19,637 bases of DNA from the NCBI GenBank assembly GCA_018302765.1, contig JAGVZG010000011.1, positions 1-19,637 of the forward strand, read 5' to 3'. The notes under the pieces were generated by a model. It did no database searches, was not told the origin of the DNA, and was given only the letters and a program-made list of their open reading frames with translations. Positions 1 through 8,447 of the stretch are shown here, in pieces. Origin of the DNA: Candidatus Woesearchaeota archaeon (GTDB taxonomy: Archaea > Nanobdellota > Nanobdellia > SCGC-AAA011-G17 > GW2011-AR18). Both the position numbers and the translations under genes were made by a program. Within the stretch, counting starts at the first letter, position 1. Each line of letters starts with the position of its first letter.

Positions 1-13
1 CTTCTTTTTTCAT
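1..13 (-). CDS. Possible start (MKKE...) of a gene running off the left edge
   Basis: The minus strand reads AAGGAG...CCTTC-ATG AAA AAA GAA G to the window edge, with an SD-like AGGAG upstream. Only 4 codons are visible. Confidence 0.3.
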
Positions 14-59
14 GAAGGACCACAACTCCTTCCCCTGTAACCCTAACGGGTTACGTGGG
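14..59 (-). promoter_or_regulatory. Two adjacent GC-richer hairpins in a putative 5' leader
   Basis: Inverted repeats gaagga(14-19)/tccttc(27-32) and gtaaccc(37-43)/gggttac(48-54), extended by ccc(33-35)/ggg(57-59), in otherwise AT-rich DNA. Confidence 0.4.
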
Positions 60-110
60 TTAATAAATATTCTTAGAACTTAGATTCAGGACAGAGCCGG
101 AAAACACCTC

Positions 111-134
111 AAAAGCTTTAAAAGTTATTTAAAT
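111..134. promoter_or_regulatory. Back-to-back archaeal BRE/TATA-like boxes
   Basis: aaaagctttaaaagttatttaaat. The TTTAAA at about 128-133 lies about 24 nt upstream of ATG 158, and TTTTAAAG on the minus strand points toward the left-edge gene. Confidence 0.45.
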
Positions 135-157
135 TCTATATCTTGGAGATGGTCTAA

Positions 158-913
158 ATGCAGATAAGTTTTTTTGAAGAATTTCCTAATGATAAAACAT
201 TAAACAAGTTAAATCTAATAAATTTTCCTACAAAATTATATCTTGCAGATTATAATATGGAAAGCTACAAACAATACAAGAAAGAGCTGCAAAATAAATA
301 TAAAAATGTCAAAGAAGTAATTTGGTGGCCGCTCCTAAATGAATATGAAGGTTATTGGTTAAGTCCTTGGTCAAAAAGAAGAGCATTATTAAGATTGTTT
401 CATTCTTTGCTTAATGAAAAAGTTTCTATATTGTGGGATGCAGAATTTCCTAGAAAAAGATCATTAATTTACTGGAATTTCTTCAAATATTTCAAAAATA
501 AAAAATTAATAAAATCATTTTTTAAAAAATATCAAGGTCAGATTTATACAGCAGAATATTTTACAGATGGTTCATTAATGAAAAAATTTCAGGAATTTAA
601 TTGTCTAAGTTTTAATCCTAAAAAATACAATAATACAAAAATTAAGATGATGTACTCTTCAATGTCGTCATGGCTGACAGAGAATATAATTAGAGATGAA
701 ATTAAAAGTTATAAAAAAGAATATGGTGATAAATTCTTTATAGGCTTGGGTGTTTTAGATGTTGGGATAAATAATAATGAAAAAATAATAACTTCAGAAA
801 ATCTGGAAAGGGATATAAGAATATGCAAAGAATTAGGTGTAAAAGAAATTGTTATTTATAGATTAAGCGGTTTAAATAAAGAATACTTGAAAGTTATAAA
901 GAAATTTACTTAA
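158..913 (+). CDS. Hypothetical protein (251 aa), possibly a (beta/alpha)8 glycoside-hydrolase-like fold
   Basis: Long ORF with a TATA-like box upstream. Alternating short hydrophobic strands and helices with aromatic and acidic motifs (YWLSPWS, LWDAEFP, YTAEY, LERDI..GVKEIVIYRL). The fold is inference only. Confidence 0.75.
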   Translation: MQISFFEEFPNDKTLNKLNLINFPTKLYLADYNMESYKQYKKELQNKYKNVKEVIWWPLLNEYEGYWLSPWSKRRALLRLFHSLLNEKVSILWDAEFPRKRSLIYWNFFKYFKNKKLIKSFFKKYQGQIYTAEYFTDGSLMKKFQEFNCLSFNPKKYNNTKIKMMYSSMSSWLTENIIRDEIKSYKKEYGDKFFIGLGVLDVGINNNEKIITSENLERDIRICKELGVKEIVIYRLSGLNKEYLKVIKKFT

Positions 914-986
914 ATTTCGAAAATATTCCAAAAAATTTCAGGAAAATTAATAAAGAATAAGCTTCATTAGTTCTTTAAGTATTAAT

Positions 987-1157
987 ATGGTTAAGTCTAA
1001 AAAATATATCCTTGGAATTGCTGGAGTTATAAGTGGTGTAGTAGGAATTACATTTACCATTCCATCAATGTTACAAGGCAAATTGACAGCCTCAGTAGTA
1101 TCAACTATCCTTATTGTTACAGGACTTGTCTTAATAGCATATGCCTTGGGTGATTAA
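987..1157 (+). CDS. Small two-TM membrane protein (56 aa), not in the ORF track
   Basis: Translates as MVKSKKYILGIAGVISGVVGITFTIPSMLQGKLTASVVSTILIVTGLVLIAYALGD*. It has a basic N-terminus and two hydrophobic segments, and its TAA abuts the ATG at 1158. Confidence 0.75.
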   Translation: MVKSKKYILGIAGVISGVVGITFTIPSMLQGKLTASVVSTILIVTGLVLIAYALGD

Positions 1158-1430
1158 ATGGAATCTGAAAAAATAAAGAAAAATTTGTTAGACTTAGAGT
1201 ACAATAAAAATTTGCAATATTTAAACACATGTATTGTTTTATTATTTACTTATTTTATAGGAATAATAATTGCAATATTTACAAATCAAATAAATTATAA
1301 TAATTGGCGCAGTATTTCATTAACTGTAGTCCTATCTTTAATATTTTTATGTACTTTCTTAGGTTTTGTAATACATTTTAGATTTGCAACAAAAGAGATT
1401 AAATTAAAAATTAGAAAACTAAAATTATAG
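1158..1430 (+). CDS. Small two-TM membrane protein (90 aa)
   Basis: Two hydrophobic stretches (CIVLLFTYFIGIIIAIFT; SLTVVLSLIFLCTFLGFVI) and a basic tail. Directly coupled to the upstream ORF. Confidence 0.75.
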   Translation: MESEKIKKNLLDLEYNKNLQYLNTCIVLLFTYFIGIIIAIFTNQINYNNWRSISLTVVLSLIFLCTFLGFVIHFRFATKEIKLKIRKLKL

Positions 1431-1450
1431 CATCATGTAAATTTTTAAAT

Positions 1451-2563
1451 TTACTTAAATCCTTTAGCAAATTCTTTTATCTTTTCCAGTAGACTTTTTT
1501 TCTCTTCAGTTTTTTTAAGCTCTTCAAATAATTTTTTTTGTTCTTTGCTTAAGTTCTTAGGAGTAACCACATCTATAATTACAAAAAGATCTCCTCTTCC
1601 ATAGCCGTCTAGATAAGGAATGCCTTGCCCCTTTAATCTAAACTTAGTACCGCTTTGTGCTCCGCTAGGAATTTTAATGCTAACCTCTTTCTCTAAAGTA
1701 GGTATTTTAACTTCATCACTTAAAGCAGCTTGGCTAAAACTTATAGGGACGTGCAAATATAAGTCATTTTCATCTCTTTCAAATATATCACTGTCTTTAA
1801 CTTTCAAAATAATATACAGATCTCCAGCAATGCCACCCCTCACAGCAGCTTCTCCAGATCTTGAAATTCTTAGTTTAGAACCATTATCTACACCAGAAGG
1901 CACTTTTACTTTTACAGTCTTATTTTTAACCATTCTTCCAGTGCCATTGCATTCTTTACATTTATGCAGTATTTTCTTGCCTTCTCCACTGCATTCATTG
2001 CAGGTGCTAATCTGAGAAAATGTTCCAAAAGGCGTTCTTCTACTTACTCTAATTTGCCCAGTCCCTTTGCATTGTCCGCAAGTGTCAAATTTTTCATCTT
2101 TGCTTCCTGTTCCATTGCAAGAATCACAGCTATCTAATGTTTCTATTTCTATTTCTTTAGTACAGCCAAAAACAGCATCTTCAAAACCAATTTCAAGTTC
2201 ATAAGCTAAATCTCTTCCTCTATTTTGTCTTTTTCTGCTTCCGCCTCCAAAGAACATATTAAAAGGACTGTCATCACCAAACACATCACCAAATATATCA
2301 TTTATATCAAAGCCTCTAAAAATATCTTCTTGACTGTATCTTTGTTGGAATCCAGTAGAACCAAACTGGTCATATTGTGATTTTTTAGTATCGTCACTCA
2401 AGACAGCATAAGCTTCAGAAACCTTCTTGAATTTTTCAGCAGCATCTTTCTCTTTACTTATGTCAGGATGGTATTTTTTAGCTAATTCTCTATAAGCTTT
2501 CTTAATTTCCTCTTTAGAAGAATTTTTGCTTACACCTAAAACTTCGTAATAATCTTCAGCCAT
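1451..2563 (-). CDS. dnaJ: Chaperone DnaJ (Hsp40, class A)
   Basis: J-domain with HPD, a G/F region with DIF motifs, four CxxCxGxG repeats ([32 protein letters not shown]) and the C-terminal GDLY/GDLF motifs. The start is placed at ATG 2563 (MAEDYY), with a TATA-like box about 25 nt upstream. Confidence 0.98.
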   Translation of the reverse strand: MAEDYYEVLGVSKNSSKEEIKKAYRELAKKYHPDISKEKDAAEKFKKVSEAYAVLSDDTKKSQYDQFGSTGFQQRYSQEDIFRGFDINDIFGDVFGDDSPFNMFFGGGSRKRQNRGRDLAYELEIGFEDAVFGCTKEIEIETLDSCDSCNGTGSKDEKFDTCGQCKGTGQIRVSRRTPFGTFSQISTCNECSGEGKKILHKCKECNGTGRMVKNKTVKVKVPSGVDNGSKLRISRSGEAAVRGGIAGDLYIILKVKDSDIFERDENDLYLHVPISFSQAALSDEVKIPTLEKEVSIKIPSGAQSGTKFRLKGQGIPYLDGYGRGDLFVIIDVVTPKNLSKEQKKLFEELKKTEEKKSLLEKIKEFAKGFK

Positions 2564-2597
2564 AGATTGCACATTTCAAATTTATTTATATATTTAA

Positions 2598-2690
2598 TTA
2601 TAATTTTATATCAATCATTTCAAGTAAAGTTTTATCTGCTTCAATTATAGGTTTAAGCCTTCTTGTTTTGTCTATATATTTTTCTTTCAT
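2598..2690 (-). other. Possible 30-aa ORF or gene remnant between dnaK and dnaJ
   Basis: Translates as MKEKYIDKTRRLKPIIEADKTLLEMIDIKL*. The ATG lies 15 nt after the dnaK stop and the ORF fills most of the gap. There is no clear SD. Confidence 0.25.
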
Positions 2691-2705
2691 TGTTTTTTAA
2701 ATAAT

Positions 2706-4541
2706 TTATTTTTCATCTTCATCGTCTACAATTTCTGCATCAACCACGCCATCTTTTTTACCTTTCTTTTCTACTTCTTCCTCATTAGCCTTGTTCTCTT
2801 GTTTCATAGCTTCTTGGTACATCTTTGTAGATGCTTCATGTAGTTTTTTGTTTATGTCATCAATTTTCTTCTTTAGTTTATCAGTTTCATTATTCTTAAT
2901 TAAGTCTTTAAGTTCGTTCTTCTCTTTCTCAATTTCAGCTATTTGTTCTTTGCTTAACTTACTGCCAAAGTCTTTGATGCTTTTGTCTATTGTATAAACT
3001 AAAGCTTCAGCCTGATTCTTAATTTCAATTTCTTCTTTCTTCTTTTTGTCAAATTCAGCAAACTCTTCAGCTTCTTTTTTCATTCTTTCAATTTCTGATT
3101 TGTCTAGTTTCTGTGCTCCGCTTATCCTAATGCTCTGTTCTTTTCCAGTAGCTATGTCCTTAGCGCTGACATGCAATATTGCATTTGCATCTATGTCAAA
3201 AGTAACTTCTACTTGAGGAACACCTCTTGGAGAAGGCGGAATTCCTATTAAGTCAAATCTTCCTAGGCTTTTATTATCAGAAGCCATTTCACGTTCTCCC
3301 TGTAAAACATGTATTGTTACTGCTGTTTGATTATCTTCCGCAGTGCTGAAAACCTGGCTTTTCTTGCTAGGCACTGTTGTATTTCTTTGAATTATTGGCG
3401 TTCTTACTCCGCCAAGAGTTTCTATGCCTAAAGTTAAAGGAGTAACATCTAGCAATAAAATATCTTTAACTTCACCAGCTAAAACGCCACCTTGGACTGC
3501 TGCGCCCATTGCAACACATTCCATTGGATCCAAGCCTCTTTCAGCTTTTTTTCCAAGGATGTTTTCTAAAAAACTTTTAACAATAGGCATTCTTGTAGGG
3601 CCCCCAACAAGAATTACTTTATCTACTTCTTCAGGTTTTAATTTTGCATCCTTCAAAGCTTGCAATACTGGTTTTTTACATCTTTGAACTATAGTATCTA
3701 ATAATTCTTCAAGTTTAGCTCTTGTTAGTTTCATTTGCAGATTATTACTTCCATGAATAAAAGGCAAGTTAATCTCTGTCTCCATCATTGTACTTAGTTC
3801 AATCTTGGCTCTTTCAGCAGCTTCTCTGATTCTCTGAACTGCCGTTTTATCGTCATTCAAATCAATTCCAGTTTGTTTTTCAAACTCTTTTAGTATAAAA
3901 TTCATAAGAATAACATCCATATCAGTTCCGCCTAATTGAGTATCACCAGAGGTAGCTCTAACCTCAAAAACTCCGCCTCCAAAATCCATAATAGTTACAT
4001 CTAAAGTACCACCACCTAGATCAAATACAAGAATTTTTGCTTCTTTGTCTTGTTTGTCTAAGCCATAAGCTAAAGCTGCAGCAGTAGGCTCATTTACTAT
4101 TCTTACAACTTCCAAGCCTGCAATCTCGCCAGCATCTTTTGTAGCTTGTCTCTGGTCGTCATCAAAATAAGCAGGAACTGTAATTACAGCTTTTTCAACT
4201 TTTTCTCCTAAAAACTCTTCAGCATCTTTTTTTATTTTTTGTAATATAAAAGCAGAAATCTGTTGTGGAGTATATTCTTTTCCAAAGATCTTGTATTTGT
4301 AATTAGTGCCCATCTTTCTTTTGGCGCCAATTACTGTGCCTTCAGGATTGGAAATAGCTTGTCTTCTAGCAGGTTCTCCAACTAGCATCTGCCCATCTTT
4401 TGTAAATGCAACTACACTAGGAAATGCTTTTCCATATAAACTTGTGCCTTCTGCACTTGGCACTATTACTGGTCTTCCAGCTTGTAAAACAGAAGCTGCA
4501 CAATTTGTCGTACCCAAATCTATTCCAATTATTCTAACCAT
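2706..4541 (-). CDS. dnaK: Chaperone DnaK (Hsp70)
   Basis: Motifs [59 protein letters not shown] and [14 protein letters not shown]. It lacks the roughly 23-aa N-terminal insert, as expected for archaeal and monoderm DnaK. SD AGGAGG at 4550-4555. Confidence 0.99.
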   Translation of the reverse strand: MVRIIGIDLGTTNCAASVLQAGRPVIVPSAEGTSLYGKAFPSVVAFTKDGQMLVGEPARRQAISNPEGTVIGAKRKMGTNYKYKIFGKEYTPQQISAFILQKIKKDAEEFLGEKVEKAVITVPAYFDDDQRQATKDAGEIAGLEVVRIVNEPTAAALAYGLDKQDKEAKILVFDLGGGTLDVTIMDFGGGVFEVRATSGDTQLGGTDMDVILMNFILKEFEKQTGIDLNDDKTAVQRIREAAERAKIELSTMMETEINLPFIHGSNNLQMKLTRAKLEELLDTIVQRCKKPVLQALKDAKLKPEEVDKVILVGGPTRMPIVKSFLENILGKKAERGLDPMECVAMGAAVQGGVLAGEVKDILLLDVTPLTLGIETLGGVRTPIIQRNTTVPSKKSQVFSTAEDNQTAVTIHVLQGEREMASDNKSLGRFDLIGIPPSPRGVPQVEVTFDIDANAILHVSAKDIATGKEQSIRISGAQKLDKSEIERMKKEAEEFAEFDKKKKEEIEIKNQAEALVYTIDKSIKDFGSKLSKEQIAEIEKEKNELKDLIKNNETDKLKKKIDDINKKLHEASTKMYQEAMKQENKANEEEVEKKGKKDGVVDAEIVDDEDEK

Positions 4542-4542
4542 T

Positions 4543-5463
4543 TTATTTTCCTCCTAGATAAATTTTGATAGCTTTAATCATTTCTTTCTTTTTACTATGG
4601 TTCATATAAAGCCCAATTTCATTTATCCAAATTGGCCAAGAAGCCTTATGTATATTTATTCTATGTAAAATTTTTTTTGATTGAACTATGTGATTATTCA
4701 ATATACAGTTTTTATCTCTTGTTTTACGTGAATGTGTAGAAAATTTTATTTCTTTTTTGAATAAGAATTCCTTAATCTTATTTAATATAAATTTATTTGA
4801 ATTATATAAATAAAGATTATAATACTTTTTCTCTCTTTGATAAAGAACGCTTCCTTCAGCGTCCCAAAAAGCAGCTATAAAATTTCTTGCTAGTTCATCA
4901 TTACTAAAAATATAATCCAAAGTATCTTCTCTGATTCCATTCTCATTTTTAATTAAGTTAGCTATAACACCATTTGATAATCTTAATTTCCATAAACCAT
5001 TTTCTCTTTCTTCTTTAGTTATAGTTCCATAAGGTTTTAGGCAATTAAAAAGAATTTCTCTTAATTTTCTATCTTTATTGAATACTTCTATCATATACTG
5101 TTGGACTGAACCGTCGCCCAAAGTAAAACCAATCAAATAAGCTAGTTGAGGTGTAATATTAACTTTCACTGCTCTAAAAGTTATTCCATTTTTAGCAACA
5201 ATAATTTCAGAATTTTCATTTCCAACAAAAGCTTTGCTTCTTATTCTATGTCTAATAAATGGTATTCTCAATTGTTGGAACCACCTCTCAAGTGTAGAAT
5301 CAGGTATTTCTGTTATTGCTTCTATTTCAGTTATAGTAAATTTTGGATATAATGTAGTAAAAAAATCTTTTAATCTTTCCTCACCTATTTTATTTTTTAT
5401 AGTCTGAAAATTGCCTTTATTATATTTAATATTCCTTATTTGAGTTATTAAATTAGCATCCAT
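4543..5463 (-). CDS. Free-standing double-motif LAGLIDADG endonuclease-like protein with an N-terminal HTH
   Basis: Motif 1 is [12 protein letters not shown] and motif 2 is [10 protein letters not shown], both with the acidic catalytic residue retained. An N-terminal HTH-like segment is present ([20 protein letters not shown]). There are no intein splice motifs. Confidence 0.88.
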   Translation of the reverse strand: MDANLITQIRNIKYNKGNFQTIKNKIGEERLKDFFTTLYPKFTITEIEAITEIPDSTLERWFQQLRIPFIRHRIRSKAFVGNENSEIIVAKNGITFRAVKVNITPQLAYLIGFTLGDGSVQQYMIEVFNKDRKLREILFNCLKPYGTITKEERENGLWKLRLSNGVIANLIKNENGIREDTLDYIFSNDELARNFIAAFWDAEGSVLYQREKKYYNLYLYNSNKFILNKIKEFLFKKEIKFSTHSRKTRDKNCILNNHIVQSKKILHRINIHKASWPIWINEIGLYMNHSKKKEMIKAIKIYLGGK

Positions 5464-5470
5464 TTTATAT

Positions 5471-5620
5471 TTATTTTTTCTTCCTACCTAAACTTATCTT
5501 TCTATTTTTTGCAACGCATTTATGCTTAACGTAATCATTTTCAAAATAAAACAATCTCCAGCACAAAGGACACTCATAAGGATTTCCTAGTTGGTTTGAT
5601 TGAATTACAGTTATGCTCAT
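5471..5620 (-). CDS. Small C2HC/C2H2-like zinc-finger protein (49 aa), not in the ORF track
   Basis: Translates as MSITVIQSNQLGNPYECPLCWRLFYFENDYVKHKCVAKNRKISLGRKKK*, with the pattern Y-x-C-x2-C-x3-F-x5-Y-x2-H-x-C and a basic tail. SD AGGAG precedes the ATG. Confidence 0.65.
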   Translation of the reverse strand: MSITVIQSNQLGNPYECPLCWRLFYFENDYVKHKCVAKNRKISLGRKKK

Positions 5621-5628
5621 TTTTTCTC

Positions 5629-5763
5629 CTATTTATACATCCTACCAGTTCTATATTGTAAAGCAGAACTTGAATATGCTGCCTTTCCTAAGTAAGAAGT
5701 GTACAAATTAACAGGTCCCCTCATTACGTAACCAGCACCGTCATTACTGTGAGCCTGACACAT
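5629..5763 (-). CDS. Small Tyr/Ser/Gly-rich peptide (44 aa), not in the ORF track
   Basis: Translates as MCQAHSNDGAGYVMRGPVNLYTSYLGKAAYSSSALQYRTGRMYK*. SD GGAGG lies 9 nt upstream. It overlaps the upstream ORF by 20 nt, and its stop overlaps the next SD. Confidence 0.5.
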   Translation of the reverse strand: MCQAHSNDGAGYVMRGPVNLYTSYLGKAAYSSSALQYRTGRMYK

Positions 5764-5983
5764 TTTCTTGGCCTCCATAGTAATTAGTTAAAGCATTTCC
5801 AATGTCATCAGTACTTCTCATTGGGTCGCTAGAACAATATACCATGTTTAAAGCTACTCTATGTAAAAAATCAACAGCATGTGGAGCTTCTTCTTTAGTT
5901 AGGCCGTGATCTGCAACTATTGGTAAAATATATTTTCCTACTAGGTGTGCATAGCCTAAAGTTCCTGTTTTATAATCTGTCAT
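5744..5983 (-). CDS. Hypothetical protein (79 aa)
   Basis: Starts 1 nt after the grpE stop (TAAAATG), with SD AGGAGG inside the end of grpE. No recognisable family. Confidence 0.65.
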   Translation of the reverse strand: MTDYKTGTLGYAHLVGKYILPIVADHGLTKEEAPHAVDFLHRVALNMVYCSSDPMRSTDDIGNALTNYYGGQENVSGSQ

Positions 5984-5984
5984 T

Positions 5985-6464
5985 TTATTCCTTGCCTCCT
6001 GATTTAATTATTCTAACTTTGCTTGGTCTCAAAACCTTATTTTTCATTATATATCCTTTTTGCAGTTCTTCAATAACAACATCGTCTTCATTTCCATTTA
6101 TGACGTCAATAACTTCATGCTTAAATGGATCTAATTTATTGCCAATTGCATTAATTTGAACAACGCCTTCCTCTTGCAATAATTTATTTAATTGCTTGTA
6201 AACAATTTCCAGTCCGTCAGCAATCTCCTTGTTGTTTTTTGTCAATTCCAAGGCCTTCTCAAAATCATCAACAACGTTTAACAATTTGCTAACCAACTTA
6301 TGATTTGAGTAATTTGCAAATTCCTCTTTTTCTTTGTCAGTTCTTTTTACGTAGTTTTCAAAATCTGCTTGAAGCCTTTTTAGTATATTTGTATATTCTT
6401 CAATTGTTTTTTCTTGCTCTTCTAGTTTTTTTTTAATTCCTTCTGTGTCTTGATAGTCTGTCAT
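5985..6464 (-). CDS. grpE: Nucleotide exchange factor GrpE
   Basis: Motifs RLQADFENYVKR, LLNVVDDFEKAL, LDPFKHE and QKGY..KNKVLRPSKV. It is the first gene of the chaperone cluster. Confidence 0.97.
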   Translation of the reverse strand: MTDYQDTEGIKKKLEEQEKTIEEYTNILKRLQADFENYVKRTDKEKEEFANYSNHKLVSKLLNVVDDFEKALELTKNNKEIADGLEIVYKQLNKLLQEEGVVQINAIGNKLDPFKHEVIDVINGNEDDVVIEELQKGYIMKNKVLRPSKVRIIKSGGKE

Positions 6465-6475
6465 GGTCGTCTTTA

Positions 6476-6526
6476 GTTGATCTTAAATCAACATAATTAT
6501 AACAAAGCCAACAACTATATAAATAT
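6476..6526. promoter_or_regulatory. Divergent promoter (shared TATATAAA/TTTATATA) with a candidate operator GTTGAT-N5-ATCAAC
   Basis: ctatataaatat (6515-6526) serves as a TATA box on both strands. The inverted repeat at 6476-6481/6487-6492 lies between the box and the grpE ATG. Confidence 0.5.
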
Positions 6527-6546
6527 TTCTATATTATAAGCCTATT

Positions 6547-6993
6547 ATGTACAAACAAACTATGAAAATTACAGTCTTAAGATTAAGAAAACCAGCTGAA
6601 AAAGATGTTAATAAAGATTTACAATGGTTTTCAGAGAGTTTAGGCCTTTTTGGGGAAAGAGATAAAGAAAAATCATGTTTTAGGGTATTTTTAGAGCTTA
6701 TTAAGGCAGCAAGAAGGAAAATCACCTTAAGCAGCGATGAAATAGCCTTAAAATCTAATTTAACCAGGGCAACAGTTGTTCATCATTTGCACAAATTAAT
6801 AGAGTCTGGCTTAGTAGCGCAGTACAACAACAAATATATTCTTAGGGTAGATAATTTAGAAAGTCTTGTGTCAGAACTTAAAAAAGATATAGTGCGTACA
6901 TTCGAAGACCTTCAAGATATAGCAAAAGACTTGGATGAAGAACTTGGTTTGATTAAAAGATCAAAAGCAAAAGCCTCTGCTGTAAGTGAATAA
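6547..6993 (+). CDS. Winged helix-turn-helix transcriptional regulator (ArsR/TrmB-like HTH with a C-terminal coiled coil)
   Basis: LSSDEIALKSNLTRATVVHHLHKLIESGLV is a typical wHTH, followed by a wing (YILR) and an amphipathic helix. Confidence 0.85.
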   Translation: MYKQTMKITVLRLRKPAEKDVNKDLQWFSESLGLFGERDKEKSCFRVFLELIKAARRKITLSSDEIALKSNLTRATVVHHLHKLIESGLVAQYNNKYILRVDNLESLVSELKKDIVRTFEDLQDIAKDLDEELGLIKRSKAKASAVSE

Positions 6994-7013
6994 CATTACT
7001 AAGGAATTTAAAA

Positions 7014-7337
7014 ATGGAAGAGTTAATAATTTTACCAAAAGAACTAAAGAAGAAATTAGATTTAAATGAAGACCTATTTCTGCTAGACGTAAGAAACCCT
7101 AATGAATATGAAATAGCAAAAATACAAAATTCTAAATTAATACCGTTGCCACAACTAGAGTCTAGATTACACGAATTACCAAAGGATAAAGAAATAATTG
7201 TGTATTGTCACCATGGAAAAAGAAGCATTGAAGCTACAAAAATTCTAAAGGAAAACGGTTTTCCTAAGGTTAAAAGCTTGGTCGGCGGAATTGATGTTTG
7301 GTCTAGATTTATTGATGGTTCAATTGCCCAGTATTAA
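7014..7337 (+). CDS. Single-domain rhodanese/sulfurtransferase (GlpE/PspE-like)
   Basis: Motifs LLDVRNPNEY, the active-site loop YCHHGKRS, and LVGGIDVW. Confidence 0.93.
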   Translation: MEELIILPKELKKKLDLNEDLFLLDVRNPNEYEIAKIQNSKLIPLPQLESRLHELPKDKEIIVYCHHGKRSIEATKILKENGFPKVKSLVGGIDVWSRFIDGSIAQY

Positions 7338-7340
7338 CCC

Positions 7341-7354
7341 AAAACTTTAAAAAT
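7341..7354 (+). promoter_or_regulatory. BRE-TATA of the 5S rRNA gene
   Basis: AAAACTTTAAAAAT lies about 20-25 nt upstream of the 5S 5' end. Confidence 0.6.
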
Positions 7355-7373
7355 AACTCTAATTTCCACTAAA

Positions 7374-7488
7374 CTAGGCGGCCCTAGTGGTTTGGTTACA
7401 CCCGATCCCATTTCGAACTCGGAAGTTAAGCAGACTCACGTTCCGTATTGTACTGCGCTCAGCGCGGGAAGTGCGGTTAGCTGCCACC
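7374..7488 (+). rRNA. rrf: 5S rRNA (archaeal type, unlinked from 16S/23S)
   Basis: Helix I GGCGGC(7377-82)/GCTGCC(7480-85), the conserved core CCCGATCCCATTTCGAACTCGGAAGTTAAG, loop E GTA/GAA, and the archaeal-style ends CTAGGCGGCC...GCCACC. Confidence 0.95.
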
Positions 7489-7528
7489 TTTATAATTTTA
7501 TAAGATAATTAAAATAAAAGATTTTTTT

Positions 7529-8065
7529 CTAAAATTTTCTAATCTTTTTCTTAAAGAACAAGTACCCTATCCAAATAACACCCAAACCCATATCAAAAAT
7601 TGCAAATCTTACCATAGTTATTAATTTCTCTTTGCTTCTTTCCATCAACGGAGTAGTTATAAAGTTCTCAGCCCCCATGCCTAATAACCAGAATCTGATT
7701 TTCAAAGGCCAAAATAATGCAACGCCAGGAAACCCCATTATCATGTCTGCAACCAAATGAGTTAATATTCCAAATCCAAAGGCAAGCCCATATGCAAAAG
7801 GTCTGACATTTTTGAATTTTTTATTCAACAATTTTCCACCTAAAAAAACAGCCAAAAATCCAATTGCAGCAGTTAGTAAGCTATGTGAAAAAGCCCTGTG
7901 AAGTTGCGTTCCAAGAATCCAGTCAAATAAATAATCCGAATCAGGAAAGATTGATCCAAACAACAAAAAAAACCATATCCATCTGTCTAAATTAAATTTT
8001 TTATTTAGTTCTGCTAGTTTTCCACAAATCCAGCTAAAAATTAAATGTCCAAATGCATATGGCAT
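7529..8065 (-). CDS. Membrane-bound metal-dependent hydrolase (YdjM/DUF457-like)
   Basis: Motifs GHLI, PDSD, HRAFSHS and HLVADM within a hydrophobic multi-TM protein. Confidence 0.88.
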   Translation of the reverse strand: MPYAFGHLIFSWICGKLAELNKKFNLDRWIWFFLLFGSIFPDSDYLFDWILGTQLHRAFSHSLLTAAIGFLAVFLGGKLLNKKFKNVRPFAYGLAFGFGILTHLVADMIMGFPGVALFWPLKIRFWLLGMGAENFITTPLMERSKEKLITMVRFAIFDMGLGVIWIGYLFFKKKIRKF

Positions 8066-8156
8066 GAATTTTGTAAAAGCAAGTATTATAAAAACTTATA
8101 GTATCTGAAAATCTTTCAATCTCAATATTTTTATACCAAAACAATTGTAAATAACT

Positions 8157-8447
8157 ATGAAAAAAACAAATAAAAATAAGTTAAAACAGATAGCTTTGGA
8201 TAAAGTAAAAATTTTGTTCAATGAAGCAAAATTAAATCCTTCTAAGGCAAACAAGCTTGTAGAAATAGCAAGAAAAACTGCCATGAAAGTAAATCTTCCA
8301 ATACCAAAAGAATATAAAAGAAAATACTGCAAACATTGCAATAATTATTTCAGATTAGGAAATTACAGGGTGAGAACAAGAAACAAAATGGTTGTTTATT
8401 ATTGTTTAAACTGCAAAAAATACATGAAATTTAATATTCCTTCTTAG
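8157..8447 (+). CDS. rnp4: Ribonuclease P protein component 4 (Rpp21/Rpr2)
   Basis: IALDKVKILF...A..LVEIARK.AMK, then KRKYCKHC and YYCLNC (zinc ribbon). Highly basic. Confidence 0.93.
   Translation: MKKTNKNKLKQIALDKVKILFNEAKLNPSKANKLVEIARKTAMKVNLPIPKEYKRKYCKHCNNYFRLGNYRVRTRNKMVVYYCLNCKKYMKFNIPS

Noticed and set aside
1620-4557. Antisense ORFs 1620..2015, 2791..2997, 3424..3687 and 4306..4557
   Set aside because: They are shadows of dnaJ and dnaK on the opposite strand, with no motifs.
4543-5463. Intein or group I intron in dnaK
   Set aside because: The ORF has its own start and stop, lacks the Cys1 and His-Asn splice residues, both dnaK and grpE are uninterrupted, and no structured intron flanks were seen.
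6465-6546. CIRCE element
   Set aside because: TTAGCACTC-N9-GAGTGCTAA is absent and no hrcA is in the window.
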